DNA of 64,000 nt from a virus (lineage: Duplodnaviria > Caudoviricetes): the IMG/VR virus record IMGVR_UViG_3300050491_000011; one strand, 5' to 3'. A program made the translations under genes and the position numbers. The notes beneath the pieces are model-generated. The model had not been told where the DNA came from. It saw only the letters and a list, made by a program, of their open reading frames with translations, and ran no database searches. The stretch's first letter is position 1, and each line of letters starts with the position of its first letter. Below are positions 27,869 to 35,890 of the stretch, one piece after another.

Positions 27869-28669
27869 TTAAGCCTCTTCGAGGATGTTGTAGTGAAGAT
27901 ACATCGGCCCGATCAGCTGGTCGCTGTAGAAGCCAGCCTGAACAACCACGCGGTCAAAGGCAGGGTTACTATCTTCGATAGCCGAGGTCGGATAGTCGGC
28001 AATATAACCTTCAGCCCAACCGGGAATACCCAGATACGAGCAGGCGTTCTGAAGAGCAGCCCAATCGGTGTAACGCGCCCCAGGATTTGTAGGCTTGATC
28101 GCATCACGAAGACTGGTGAAGTCAACATCCCACGTAACCATCCGAGCGGACATCTTCGAATTCACCGGGTCCGGGTGGTTACGGACTGGGAGGATCTTGA
28201 TGCCAACGATGCTATCAAGCAAGGACTTGGCGTGGGTGATGTTGATTACCGCTGAGCCGATGAAGCCACGACTGGTTGCCCGCGCGGTCAAGGTCAGTGT
28301 GTCAGCCTCGCCATTGGCCGGATTAGGCGGCGTAAACGGTACGAAGTCATCAACGGTAAGGAATAGGCCGAACGCGCCGTTAATCAGCGATACGATGCTT
28401 TCCTGCGTGAACACTTCTTCACTACGAACGTCCGCATCCTGAATGATGTCGCCAAGCACCAGACGTTTGTAATAGATGTCGACTTCGTTGTAGTAACCAC
28501 GCCCCGGAACCGACTTCACAGTCAGCTTGGTATTCGCAGTTTCCGTATCAACGACTTCGAGGTCTATCAGGCTGACGTTCATTTCAGTGAACGTCTTCGG
28601 CGGCACGTTGAGGATGTTTAGTTCCTCAATGATTTTACTGGTAGCAGACGGAACTGGAGGAACGGCCAT
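27869..28669 (-). CDS. Virion structural protein, N+C modules
   Basis: NTKLTV...GRGY...IYYKR; C-terminal MYLHYN. Confidence 0.8.
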   Translation of the reverse strand: MAVPPVPSATSKIIEELNILNVPPKTFTEMNVSLIDLEVVDTETANTKLTVKSVPGRGYYNEVDIYYKRLVLGDIIQDADVRSEEVFTQESIVSLINGAFGLFLTVDDFVPFTPPNPANGEADTLTLTARATSRGFIGSAVINITHAKSLLDSIVGIKILPVRNHPDPVNSKMSARMVTWDVDFTSLRDAIKPTNPGARYTDWAALQNACSYLGIPGWAEGYIADYPTSAIEDSNPAFDRVVVQAGFYSDQLIGPMYLHYNILEEA

Positions 28670-28680
28670 GACTACACCTC

Positions 28681-29514
28681 TTAATCCACAATCGGATCGT
28701 TAAAGTGAAGAACCAGTTGGCCAGACCAACCCAACGACTTGGTGTCATCGAGATCGACGATGATCACGTTGTCATAGTCCTGGTTGGAGATAGGTTCGCC
28801 AGAGGTCGGCCCTACGTAGCTAACGACCGCCCCATCCAAGGAGAAGCGGGAAGCGCCGACGAGCTGCCACGCATCGCCAGAGGCCGCCACAAGGGCATCC
28901 TTGATGATACCGAGACTATCTTGTCCAGTAACCACCGTACTTAGAGTAGCGTAGTAGCCACTCATGTTACGCCAGTAGGAATAACCGACCGAAGCGTAAG
29001 GTTTGGTGATCTGAGCCGAAGGGTAGTTCAAGCCCGGCAGTTGAGTGACGGTGATCACGTCAGATAGAGGCTGTGCCCCCAGAGCGAGACTGAACGTAAC
29101 TGTGCCAACCCAACCCATGCTATCAGCTTCAGCCACCAGCGTAACTTCACCAGCACCGTTCACCAAGGTCAATGGCGAAGAGACGATGTCGCCCGGCTCA
29201 AAGCCGATACCGTGCCGTTTGTTCAGCATGGCGACGAAGTCGTCAGTGGTACTGATGTCGTAGCCCTTGATGTTCGAGCTGATCAGGATCAGAAGATCCG
29301 CCAGATCCAAACGCTTATAGCGGATGGTAGTCGAACCATCGTAAGGACTCAGTGGGTTGAGTGCAGTAACCAGCAACGAAGTGTTAGTGCCTGATGCGTC
29401 CGGAGCAACTGCCGTAGGCGTACCGAACGTATACTCACCCGCAATCAGTTCGACGTTGTTTAACGTCTTGATCGCTTCGAGGATGGCATCAAGCGGTCTT
29501 TTATACAAAGCCAT
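28681..29514 (-). CDS. Virion structural protein, N+C modules
   Basis: FGTP..NTSL..YDG..IRYKR; C-terminal LHFNDP. Confidence 0.8.
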   Translation of the reverse strand: MALYKRPLDAILEAIKTLNNVELIAGEYTFGTPTAVAPDASGTNTSLLVTALNPLSPYDGSTTIRYKRLDLADLLILISSNIKGYDISTTDDFVAMLNKRHGIGFEPGDIVSSPLTLVNGAGEVTLVAEADSMGWVGTVTFSLALGAQPLSDVITVTQLPGLNYPSAQITKPYASVGYSYWRNMSGYYATLSTVVTGQDSLGIIKDALVAASGDAWQLVGASRFSLDGAVVSYVGPTSGEPISNQDYDNVIIVDLDDTKSLGWSGQLVLHFNDPIVD

Positions 29515-29526
29515 ATCGAAACCTCT

Positions 29527-30324
29527 TTATGACCGGTTGAAGTGAATATACGCGTCGCCTTTGTAGCCGTTGATGTCAACGCCCGTCTGGATGCAGACGT
29601 TGGTGAAATCTTGGTTGGCTTCAGGTACGTCTTTGGTCGAATACGACTTCACTGATTGAGTCATGAACACAGGGATGTCTGGGAAGCCCATCTCAATGAA
29701 CATCTTCTGGACAGCAGGCCAGTTGGTCCAACCGTACCAAGCAACGCCCAGAATGTTGGAGTAGTACGAGAAGTCCAGGCCCCACGTCGCCATGTCAAGG
29801 GAAGGTTTACCCAAGTCCAATGGATTGTGGTGGGATAGGACGTCCAGCTCTTTCTCCGCGATCGCTACTTCAAGCAGCGGACGGATACGGATGAACTGGA
29901 TAACAAACGTGCCTTCATAACCCAATGAGTTCGGGCTAGCCTTGATCACCAAGTTCGCCTGTTCGTTACCACCCAGCCAGTCAATCGGCTCGTTGATGAT
30001 ATCGATAGGTTGTAGGTTCAGGCCAAGACGTTTGTTCAGAATTGGGAGCAACCGATGGATGGTTGTCTGACCCAAGTCTTGGATGATCGGACGCACACCA
30101 CCAAAGACCTTATCGAAGTTGATGCGACGATATTTCCACCGCGCGTATCCTTCGTAGTCCTCGTTGTTGTACATCGTAACGGAGGGAAGTTCGATCGATC
30201 CATCAGCCAACGACTTCACGTTGCCGTAGTAAAGACCGCCTACTTCCAGCGGTACAGCCAAAGCGTTCTGTTCGTTGATGAGACCGACCAGCGCTTCTTC
30301 CGACGATCCCGGTAAAAGTAACAT
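29527..30324 (-). CDS. Virion structural protein, N+C modules
   Basis: LVGLINEQN..YEG..WKYRR; C-terminal YIHFN. Confidence 0.8.
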   Translation of the reverse strand: MLLLPGSSEEALVGLINEQNALAVPLEVGGLYYGNVKSLADGSIELPSVTMYNNEDYEGYARWKYRRINFDKVFGGVRPIIQDLGQTTIHRLLPILNKRLGLNLQPIDIINEPIDWLGGNEQANLVIKASPNSLGYEGTFVIQFIRIRPLLEVAIAEKELDVLSHHNPLDLGKPSLDMATWGLDFSYYSNILGVAWYGWTNWPAVQKMFIEMGFPDIPVFMTQSVKSYSTKDVPEANQDFTNVCIQTGVDINGYKGDAYIHFNRS

Positions 30325-30366
30325 AAGGCATCTCCTGGAGTCGAAGCTGACTTAAACGGTAAATAA

Positions 30367-30397
30367 GAGAGGACGAGGCCGAAACCCCGCCCTCTCA
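30367..30397 (-). terminator. Hairpin terminator on the minus strand
   Basis: Reverse complement GAGAGGGCGGGGT-TTCG-GCCTCGTCCTCTC; G-U pairs fit the minus strand. Confidence 0.65.
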
Positions 30398-30429
30398 GAT
30401 TTATTTGTATTAAGGCAGTGGTGAAGACC

Positions 30430-30954
30430 TTACGCTACTGGAACGTAGGTCAGACCGTTCAGTTCAGTCACGGTCAGGTATTCAGCCAGGTCGATCTCGT
30501 CGGACTTCAGATGGAAGGTCAGGCTGCCGATATACGCCAGCGAGTCAGCCTTCGCCACGACTTGTACGTCGTGAGTTTCGTTCGGGATACCACCGGTGAA
30601 GGTTGGCAGCACGCCGTCGACGAAGTCTTCAGCCTGGAGATTGATGTTCAGGAGAGCGTTCAGCTCTGGGATGATGTCAGCGATGTTGACCGCGTCACCC
30701 AGGTTGAAGGTTGCGTCCTTGCCCGATGGCACGAGGATCGCGGTGTTCAGGTGCAGACGGTTGTACTTGAACGTCTGGCTACCGACGAAACCCGAACCAG
30801 CTTTGGCGGTCAGGGTCACGGAGGTGTTCTTGTCGCCAGTGCTGTTTACGGTTGGCAGACCGATGTCGACGACGCCGTAGGTGATACCTTTGCCGTTGTC
30901 GGAGTTGATAAGGTCAAGGACTACGACCTTGCTTGCTTTAGTCATATCGCTCAT
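30430..30954 (-). CDS. Virion structural protein, N-module family
   Basis: VLDLINSDN..IGLP..KNTSV..GSGFVG..F.YNR; highly optimised codons suggest abundance. Confidence 0.8.
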   Translation of the reverse strand: MSDMTKASKVVVLDLINSDNGKGITYGVVDIGLPTVNSTGDKNTSVTLTAKAGSGFVGSQTFKYNRLHLNTAILVPSGKDATFNLGDAVNIADIIPELNALLNINLQAEDFVDGVLPTFTGGIPNETHDVQVVAKADSLAYIGSLTFHLKSDEIDLAEYLTVTELNGLTYVPVA

Positions 30955-31025
30955 TACAGGTACTCTTCAGTAAGTAAGGACAAGTCGGCCTTGGCCAACC
31001 ACATAGAATTCTACTTATACACGGA

Positions 31026-31553
31026 TCAAACAACCGGCTCGTAAGTCAAGCCATTCAGATCAGTGACAGGTAGATACGCGCTCAGAGGAATCAATTCAGG
31101 CTGCACTTCAAGAATCAATGAGCCAAGGTACACCATCGAATCGAACGTCACCTTGAGTTCAATGTTCGCCGACAGATTTGCACTGAGATCTGGCAGAGGT
31201 TTGTCGATGATCTTGCTTGCTGTCAGGTTGATGTTCAACCGTTCGTTAATAGCCGGCAAGAGATCGGACAGGTTCACTTCATCCGTGATAGTGAACTCTA
31301 GCGACGTCGTATCAGGATCTACGAAGTCTACTAGTCTTACTCGGTTGTAATAGAAGCTTTGACTACCTTCATAGCCTCTGCCCGCGACAGCCGTACCAAC
31401 CATCAGGGTATTACGATTCACCCCAGCAATAGGGGTATAAACGCTCGGAGTGCCAAAGGTCACCTGACTGGACGTTAAGGTCCTGTTCTGGTTATCTTGG
31501 CGAATGAGATCGATAACGACGTCTATCTCACTCCGTGTGTAGTCAATGGCCAT
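31026..31553 (-). CDS. Virion structural protein, N-module family
   Basis: VIDLIRQDN..FGTP..RNT..GRGYEG..FYYNR; paralog of 30430..30954. Confidence 0.8.
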   Translation of the reverse strand: MAIDYTRSEIDVVIDLIRQDNQNRTLTSSQVTFGTPSVYTPIAGVNRNTLMVGTAVAGRGYEGSQSFYYNRVRLVDFVDPDTTSLEFTITDEVNLSDLLPAINERLNINLTASKIIDKPLPDLSANLSANIELKVTFDSMVYLGSLILEVQPELIPLSAYLPVTDLNGLTYEPVV

Positions 31554-31596
31554 ACACGAGTTCTCGTTAAGGAATCAGGAGGTCATAGAATTTCGG

Positions 31597-32136
31597 TCAG
31601 TGGACTAACTGATCGTAAACTCCGCCGTCGGTCATTGGCTCGCCCCCAGGCGCTACAAGGCCGTTCAAAACGTTGTTCGGGAATTGTGACGCTAGGGTGA
31701 GGACTCCTTGGCTTGCGTTGAGTACAAGCGTTCCTAGCCACACGAAAGACCTATTCGAAACGGTGATGGTGACAACGCCGTCCACGTTGGTGTAATCTTT
31801 GATATCGTTCAGGCTCAATACGAAGTTGTACTTGAGCTTCAGGGCATTCACCACAGACGCAGGTGTGATCTCTCCCTGTACTTCGACACTGACATCGGGC
31901 TCGCCAATATCGATGAATGCTTGCTGCATATCCAAGCGGTTGTAATAGTAGACGTAACTGCCGGTGATCTGCCTACCACGAGCCGTAGCACCCACCTTCG
32001 TATTCTTTCCATCGAACTCGCCCAGCACCAAACCGGTGAAAGACAGGTTCGACGTACTAAGCGTTACGCCGTATCCTTCCAAGATGGCCTGATTCGCTAC
32101 CTGAATCATCTCGGCCAGCATTTCCTCACCGGTCAT
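31597..32136 (-). CDS. Virion structural protein, N-module family
   Basis: KNTKV.ATA.G....G..YYYNR; upstream TTTATG on the minus strand. Confidence 0.75.
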   Translation of the reverse strand: MTGEEMLAEMIQVANQAILEGYGVTLSTSNLSFTGLVLGEFDGKNTKVGATARGRQITGSYVYYYNRLDMQQAFIDIGEPDVSVEVQGEITPASVVNALKLKYNFVLSLNDIKDYTNVDGVVTITVSNRSFVWLGTLVLNASQGVLTLASQFPNNVLNGLVAPGGEPMTDGGVYDQLVH

Positions 32137-32186
32137 AGTCGATACCTGTGCATAAATGGATTAACTCTACATCCTATTTGGATTGG

Positions 32187-32277
32187 AGTCAAATTAATTA
32201 CAGTCACACATTGTCTCGGTACAACATAACAACGATATCAATTCCTGATACGTTGCAACGACCGAGGAGGTCACATG
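32187..32277 (+). repeat. Promoter-leader cassette, copy 2 (includes SD-loop hairpin GACC-GAGGA-GGTC at 32260-32272)
   Basis: Near-identical to 10933-11023. Confidence 0.85.
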
Positions 32278-32595
32278 GACAATAGTAAACTCGCTAACAC
32301 GTTGATGGGTATGGCTACTGAGCTGATGATTCAGTTCAATCGTACCACTGCGTTGAGTGAGACACTGCACAACCAGTACATGGAGCGTACGTCTGTAAAA
32401 GGACGGCACGAGTGCAGTAAGCCGGTGGATGCAAATGCCGAGGAGTTGGCTATTATCAGCAACTCTTTAGGTAAGCGGGTTCTTGAGATCGCTAATCTCT
32501 TGCGTCTGCTGCATCCGGCATACGAAGTCAAGATACCTGAAAGGGTTAAGTTGACTTACGTATCCACTGAGCTCGAGCTAACGCCTCGATCTTAG
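32275..32595 (+). CDS. Hypothetical protein (106 aa)
   Basis: ORF after the leader hairpin. Confidence 0.8.
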   Translation: MDNSKLANTLMGMATELMIQFNRTTALSETLHNQYMERTSVKGRHECSKPVDANAEELAIISNSLGKRVLEIANLLRLLHPAYEVKIPERVKLTYVSTELELTPRS

Positions 32596-32640
32596 TCGGC
32601 CGGCTACAGACGGGTGGAATTCTCCACCCGTTACCATAAC

Positions 32641-32653
32641 GACTGAGGAAGTC
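32641..32653 (+). promoter_or_regulatory. SD-loop leader hairpin (GACT-GAGGA-AGTC)
   Basis: 4 nt before ATG 32658. Confidence 0.75.
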
Positions 32654-32657
32654 TAAC

Positions 32658-32987
32658 ATGATGAACATCCCTACATTCTTGAAGCTGTGTGCAGTAGTTG
32701 CTACCGTTGGTGCAGCAGCAGGTGCTACAGTTGGTTACTTCGAAAAGAAAGAACGCGATCGTCAGGCTGAGGTTGTTAAGCGCAATATCAAAGACCTCAC
32801 CGCTCTCTGCAATGACATCATTGACGTCCACGGCCAGAAGGCTCTCAGCGCTAACCAGCTGGCGAACCTGCTGGAGATACGTCGGCGCATCGGTTCCGAC
32901 TTCAGCAACATGAAGTACCACGAGATCATGGTTCTTCAAAGCCAGATCGAAGTGATCTACAACGTTCTTAATTCTGCTCGCAAATAA
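32658..32987 (+). CDS. Membrane-anchored hypothetical protein, paralog of 33006..33344
   Basis: N-terminal hydrophobic anchor; ALS.NQL..L...R and Y...V...Q...IY..L..A.K shared. Confidence 0.8.
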   Translation: MMNIPTFLKLCAVVATVGAAAGATVGYFEKKERDRQAEVVKRNIKDLTALCNDIIDVHGQKALSANQLANLLEIRRRIGSDFSNMKYHEIMVLQSQIEVIYNVLNSARK

Positions 32988-32988
32988 C

Positions 32989-33001
32989 GACCGTGGAGGT
33001 C
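32989..33001 (+). promoter_or_regulatory. SD-loop leader hairpin (GACC-GTGGA-GGTC)
   Basis: 4 nt before ATG 33006. Confidence 0.75.
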
Positions 33002-33005
33002 TGTC

Positions 33006-33344
33006 ATGATTTCTGATGTACTCAAGATAGCAGCAGGCGTAACAATACTCGCCAGTGCCATTGGTGGAGCGATCTATTACGTCACCAAGAAGGATAACGA
33101 GAACAAGTTGGCAAGTATCAAACGGCAGGTGGGCGATAACCTGGACTTCATCGACGCTTACATCGCGTTGATGACCAGCGATGCGCTGTCTGTGAAGCAG
33201 CTGGGTGAGTTGGAGAAATTGCGTGAAGCGCACCAGACTCAATTCGCTGGAATCCCTTACAACGTGATGGTCGTTATGTTGGCTCAGTCCAACGGTATCT
33301 ACATGACCGTCCGTGATGCTGCAAAGGCACATCAGAAGAAATGA
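33006..33344 (+). CDS. Membrane-anchored hypothetical protein, paralog of 32658..32987
   Basis: Colinear similarity to the upstream gene. Confidence 0.8.
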   Translation: MISDVLKIAAGVTILASAIGGAIYYVTKKDNENKLASIKRQVGDNLDFIDAYIALMTSDALSVKQLGELEKLREAHQTQFAGIPYNVMVVMLAQSNGIYMTVRDAAKAHQKK

Positions 33345-33430
33345 TCGGGAAAGACCCTGATCTACCTACCCGATGAACCGCGGATCTTCAAAGAAGCTTT
33401 CCGCTGGCAATACCAACCCGAACCCGAATC

Positions 33431-33443
33431 GACTGAGGAAGTC
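33431..33443 (+). promoter_or_regulatory. SD-loop leader hairpin (GACT-GAGGA-AGTC)
   Basis: 5 nt before ATG 33449. Confidence 0.75.
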
Positions 33444-33448
33444 CTACC

Positions 33449-33979
33449 ATGCAAGATATCCAAAAGCAAATCGAAGATGACGTTAGCAAAGTCATTCGCG
33501 ACAAGAACACTCTCGCAGCTATCGACGCTGCTATTGAAGTTGGTGCGGACTACGAAACAAAGTTCCACGCCAACTGGATGATCGCTCGTGGTTTCTATAA
33601 CCTCGGCATCGTCACCGCGCTGTTCCATGCTGCTGATCGCGCCATCGAACGGATCGCTAAAGATCCTGAAGAACTCGGTTGCAAGATGGCATTCATCGAC
33701 AAAGATGGACGCGAGTGCATCATCATCGCAGGGCACCATGGCTACGTGTTCATGTATGCCAATGGTTACGTCTCTATCCATAGCGGGTATCACTGCGATA
33801 ACCTCGATGTCTTGATGGCCCTTGACGGAATTAGCTTAAAGCAAACATTCCGTGACCTCATGGTACAAGGCTTGCCATTCATGGGGCTGATTCCTATCCT
33901 CGATTCGATTGTAGAAAACCGATCGAACCAGGAAGAGATGACTCGCCTCCACGCAAAATTCAGAAGCTACTTGGCTTAA
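33449..33979 (+). CDS. Hypothetical protein (176 aa)
   Basis: ORF after the leader hairpin. Confidence 0.85.
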   Translation: MQDIQKQIEDDVSKVIRDKNTLAAIDAAIEVGADYETKFHANWMIARGFYNLGIVTALFHAADRAIERIAKDPEELGCKMAFIDKDGRECIIIAGHHGYVFMYANGYVSIHSGYHCDNLDVLMALDGISLKQTFRDLMVQGLPFMGLIPILDSIVENRSNQEEMTRLHAKFRSYLA

Positions 33980-33989
33980 GGAAACAATC

Positions 33990-34343
33990 ATGTCACTCGT
34001 ATCTGTAACCATCATGGGTAACGACCTGGTTCTCGGTTCTCAATCCGACCCACCGGTTGGTCACCGGATCGGCACAGTTCCGTTGAAGTTTGATAACGGT
34101 AAGACCGAGCATATCTGCGTGTTCGGTTCTGTCCACATCTACACCGATTCGAGAGAGCGTGATCACTTCGAGGCAGAGCTGCGTAAGTTCTGCCAAGATC
34201 CTGATACCGTTCAGAAGGTTCTCGACATCACCGGGCAATCTGCCTACGCTAAACGTTTCAATCCATCGCGGTCCCAAACGGATCGCGGCTGGTATCGTGC
34301 CGGTAAAACCGGTGGTCTAGAAACCCAACATAGCTGCGCGTAG
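33990..34343 (+). CDS. Hypothetical protein (117 aa)
   Basis: TAAGGA SD. Confidence 0.8.
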   Translation: MSLVSVTIMGNDLVLGSQSDPPVGHRIGTVPLKFDNGKTEHICVFGSVHIYTDSRERDHFEAELRKFCQDPDTVQKVLDITGQSAYAKRFNPSRSQTDRGWYRAGKTGGLETQHSCA

Positions 34344-34355
34344 GAGTGGTCCTGA

Positions 34356-34712
34356 ATGCGTGGACGATGTGAGTTGACCACAGATAGTAAACGCAGCAAA
34401 GAGCAGATGCTTAACAAACTGATGCGGATCAACCTCGCAATCGGTAAAGATCCTAGGTTCGCTGATCTACTGAATGACGAGATGTTTATTCAGAATCTGA
34501 AAGAGGCGCAAAAATACCTCAATCTGATGATCAACGATAATACTCTAATGGGTCGTGATCTTCGACACGTAATCACGTTATACCACGCACATGTTCACGA
34601 ATGGCTAGACGCTATACAAACCCATTGCGACTATAACCAAATCCTCGAAATAAATTTCAGGACTACGACTCTGGGTGAGTTGATCGAAGCCTTAGAACCG
34701 ACTACAAAGTAA
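34356..34712 (+). CDS. Hypothetical protein (start uncertain)
   Basis: ORF fills the gap in a + strand operon. Confidence 0.65.
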   Translation: MRGRCELTTDSKRSKEQMLNKLMRINLAIGKDPRFADLLNDEMFIQNLKEAQKYLNLMINDNTLMGRDLRHVITLYHAHVHEWLDAIQTHCDYNQILEINFRTTTLGELIEALEPTTK

Positions 34713-34729
34713 TACCCATTATACCCAAC

Positions 34730-34742
34730 GACCGTGGAGGTC
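34730..34742 (+). promoter_or_regulatory. SD-loop leader hairpin (GACC-GTGGA-GGTC)
   Basis: 3 nt before ATG 34746. Confidence 0.75.
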
Positions 34743-34745
34743 AAG

Positions 34746-35264
34746 ATGTCTACTTACAAAGCATACAAACTTGAAGGCCGTAAAGTTGTTCTCTCCGAGA
34801 ATGGCGTATCCAAAGTAATCATCCCGCCAGTCGGCATCTGCTTCAGTGAAATCCGCAACACTTGGCAAGCCAACATTCTCGATGATGAAGGCAACTGGAT
34901 GGCGGTGCGTTACAGTGCCAACGCCCACGGTTTCATGGAAGCGCTTCAAATGGCAATGGATGTGCGGGAACTGTCTCTGACATTCCTCCTGAACGTTCGT
35001 ATGCTTCCACGCTTGCGTAAAGCTTATGACATCAAAGAAGTCGGTGGTCTGTACCGCGTCCGAGATCCTCTCGAGAAGTGCTACAAGTTCTTCACATCCC
35101 GTAAGTTCGCTGAAGCTTTCAACAAGGAAGTAACAGCGAAGTGGGTTGATAAGCACACCTTCGACACAAACGAAATGGTTCAACCGTACATGCCAACGAT
35201 TCCACTTGTACGGATGGATTACCTCACCGCCATTAGCCCAGCTGCCTCACGGAGCATTCACTAA
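34746..35264 (+). CDS. Hypothetical protein (172 aa)
   Basis: Start at ATG 34746 from SD spacing. Confidence 0.85.
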   Translation: MSTYKAYKLEGRKVVLSENGVSKVIIPPVGICFSEIRNTWQANILDDEGNWMAVRYSANAHGFMEALQMAMDVRELSLTFLLNVRMLPRLRKAYDIKEVGGLYRVRDPLEKCYKFFTSRKFAEAFNKEVTAKWVDKHTFDTNEMVQPYMPTIPLVRMDYLTAISPAASRSIH

Positions 35265-35422
35265 TGAATAAGCCAGGGATTCCGTTGGAAGATGTAATCG
35301 ACGCTTCCGTTAAGCGCCGCAAGCGTCGTAACCGCGATAAGGCTATCCGCGCATTCTGCGCAGTATTCATCGCGCTCAACTTTGTCTTCATCATCGGCTA
35401 TGCGGTGAAGACCTATGTCTGA
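35264..35422 (+). CDS. Small membrane protein (52 aa, not in ORF track)
   Basis: MNKPGIPLEDVIDASVKRRKRRNRDKAIRAFCAVFIALNFVFIIGYAVKTYV; TAATG overlap with the upstream stop. Confidence 0.65.
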   Translation: MNKPGIPLEDVIDASVKRRKRRNRDKAIRAFCAVFIALNFVFIIGYAVKTYV

Positions 35423-35633
35423 GGTAGAGTCTGAGTTTGAAGAAGACGGGGTTGATAACCTGACCCTGTGGTTACTCGCAGCCGCTCTCTCGTTCGCGTT
35501 CTCTGTCTCGATGGTATTCATCGATTGGCACGAACAGATGAGCCGCTGCGTCGGCCCTAAAGAAGTGGCTAAGGCTGGTATCACTTTGGACGTAAGTTCA
35601 GGGGTAGTTGTTCGAGACTGTCCAGTCGAATAA
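35415..35633 (+). CDS. Small membrane protein (72 aa)
   Basis: One TM helix; start overlaps the previous ORF. Confidence 0.65.
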   Translation: MSEVESEFEEDGVDNLTLWLLAAALSFAFSVSMVFIDWHEQMSRCVGPKEVAKAGITLDVSSGVVVRDCPVE

Positions 35634-35687
35634 ATTACAGATAGATATCATCCACCTGCAATTATCCCCTAATGCAAGGAGTTGGAC

Positions 35688-35831
35688 ATGCGTGAAGTAC
35701 TGTTGATCAGCTTTGGTATTGGCCTCGGCTATTACATTCGTCATCTGCGCGCACAGCGTGATGACCAGGAACTGAGAATGAAAGGTGCTGAAGCTGCGGC
35801 TAAAGCATCTGCTTCAGCGGCAACGGCCTAA
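35688..35831 (+). CDS. Small protein (47 aa, not in ORF track)
   Basis: MREVLLISFGIGLGYYIRHLRAQRDDQELRMKGAEAAAKASASAATA; AAGGAG SD, own upstream AAATTACAG motif and terminator. Confidence 0.7.
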   Translation: MREVLLISFGIGLGYYIRHLRAQRDDQELRMKGAEAAAKASASAATA

Positions 35832-35837
35832 CGGCAT

Positions 35838-35881
35838 AGAGAGCGTGGCGCAAGCCACGCTCTCTTTACTTCTTTTTTTTT
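35838..35881. terminator. Terminator, twin of 57379-57422
   Basis: 12-bp stem, GCAA loop, T-run. Confidence 0.85.
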
Positions 35882-35890
35882 GTCGTGAAA

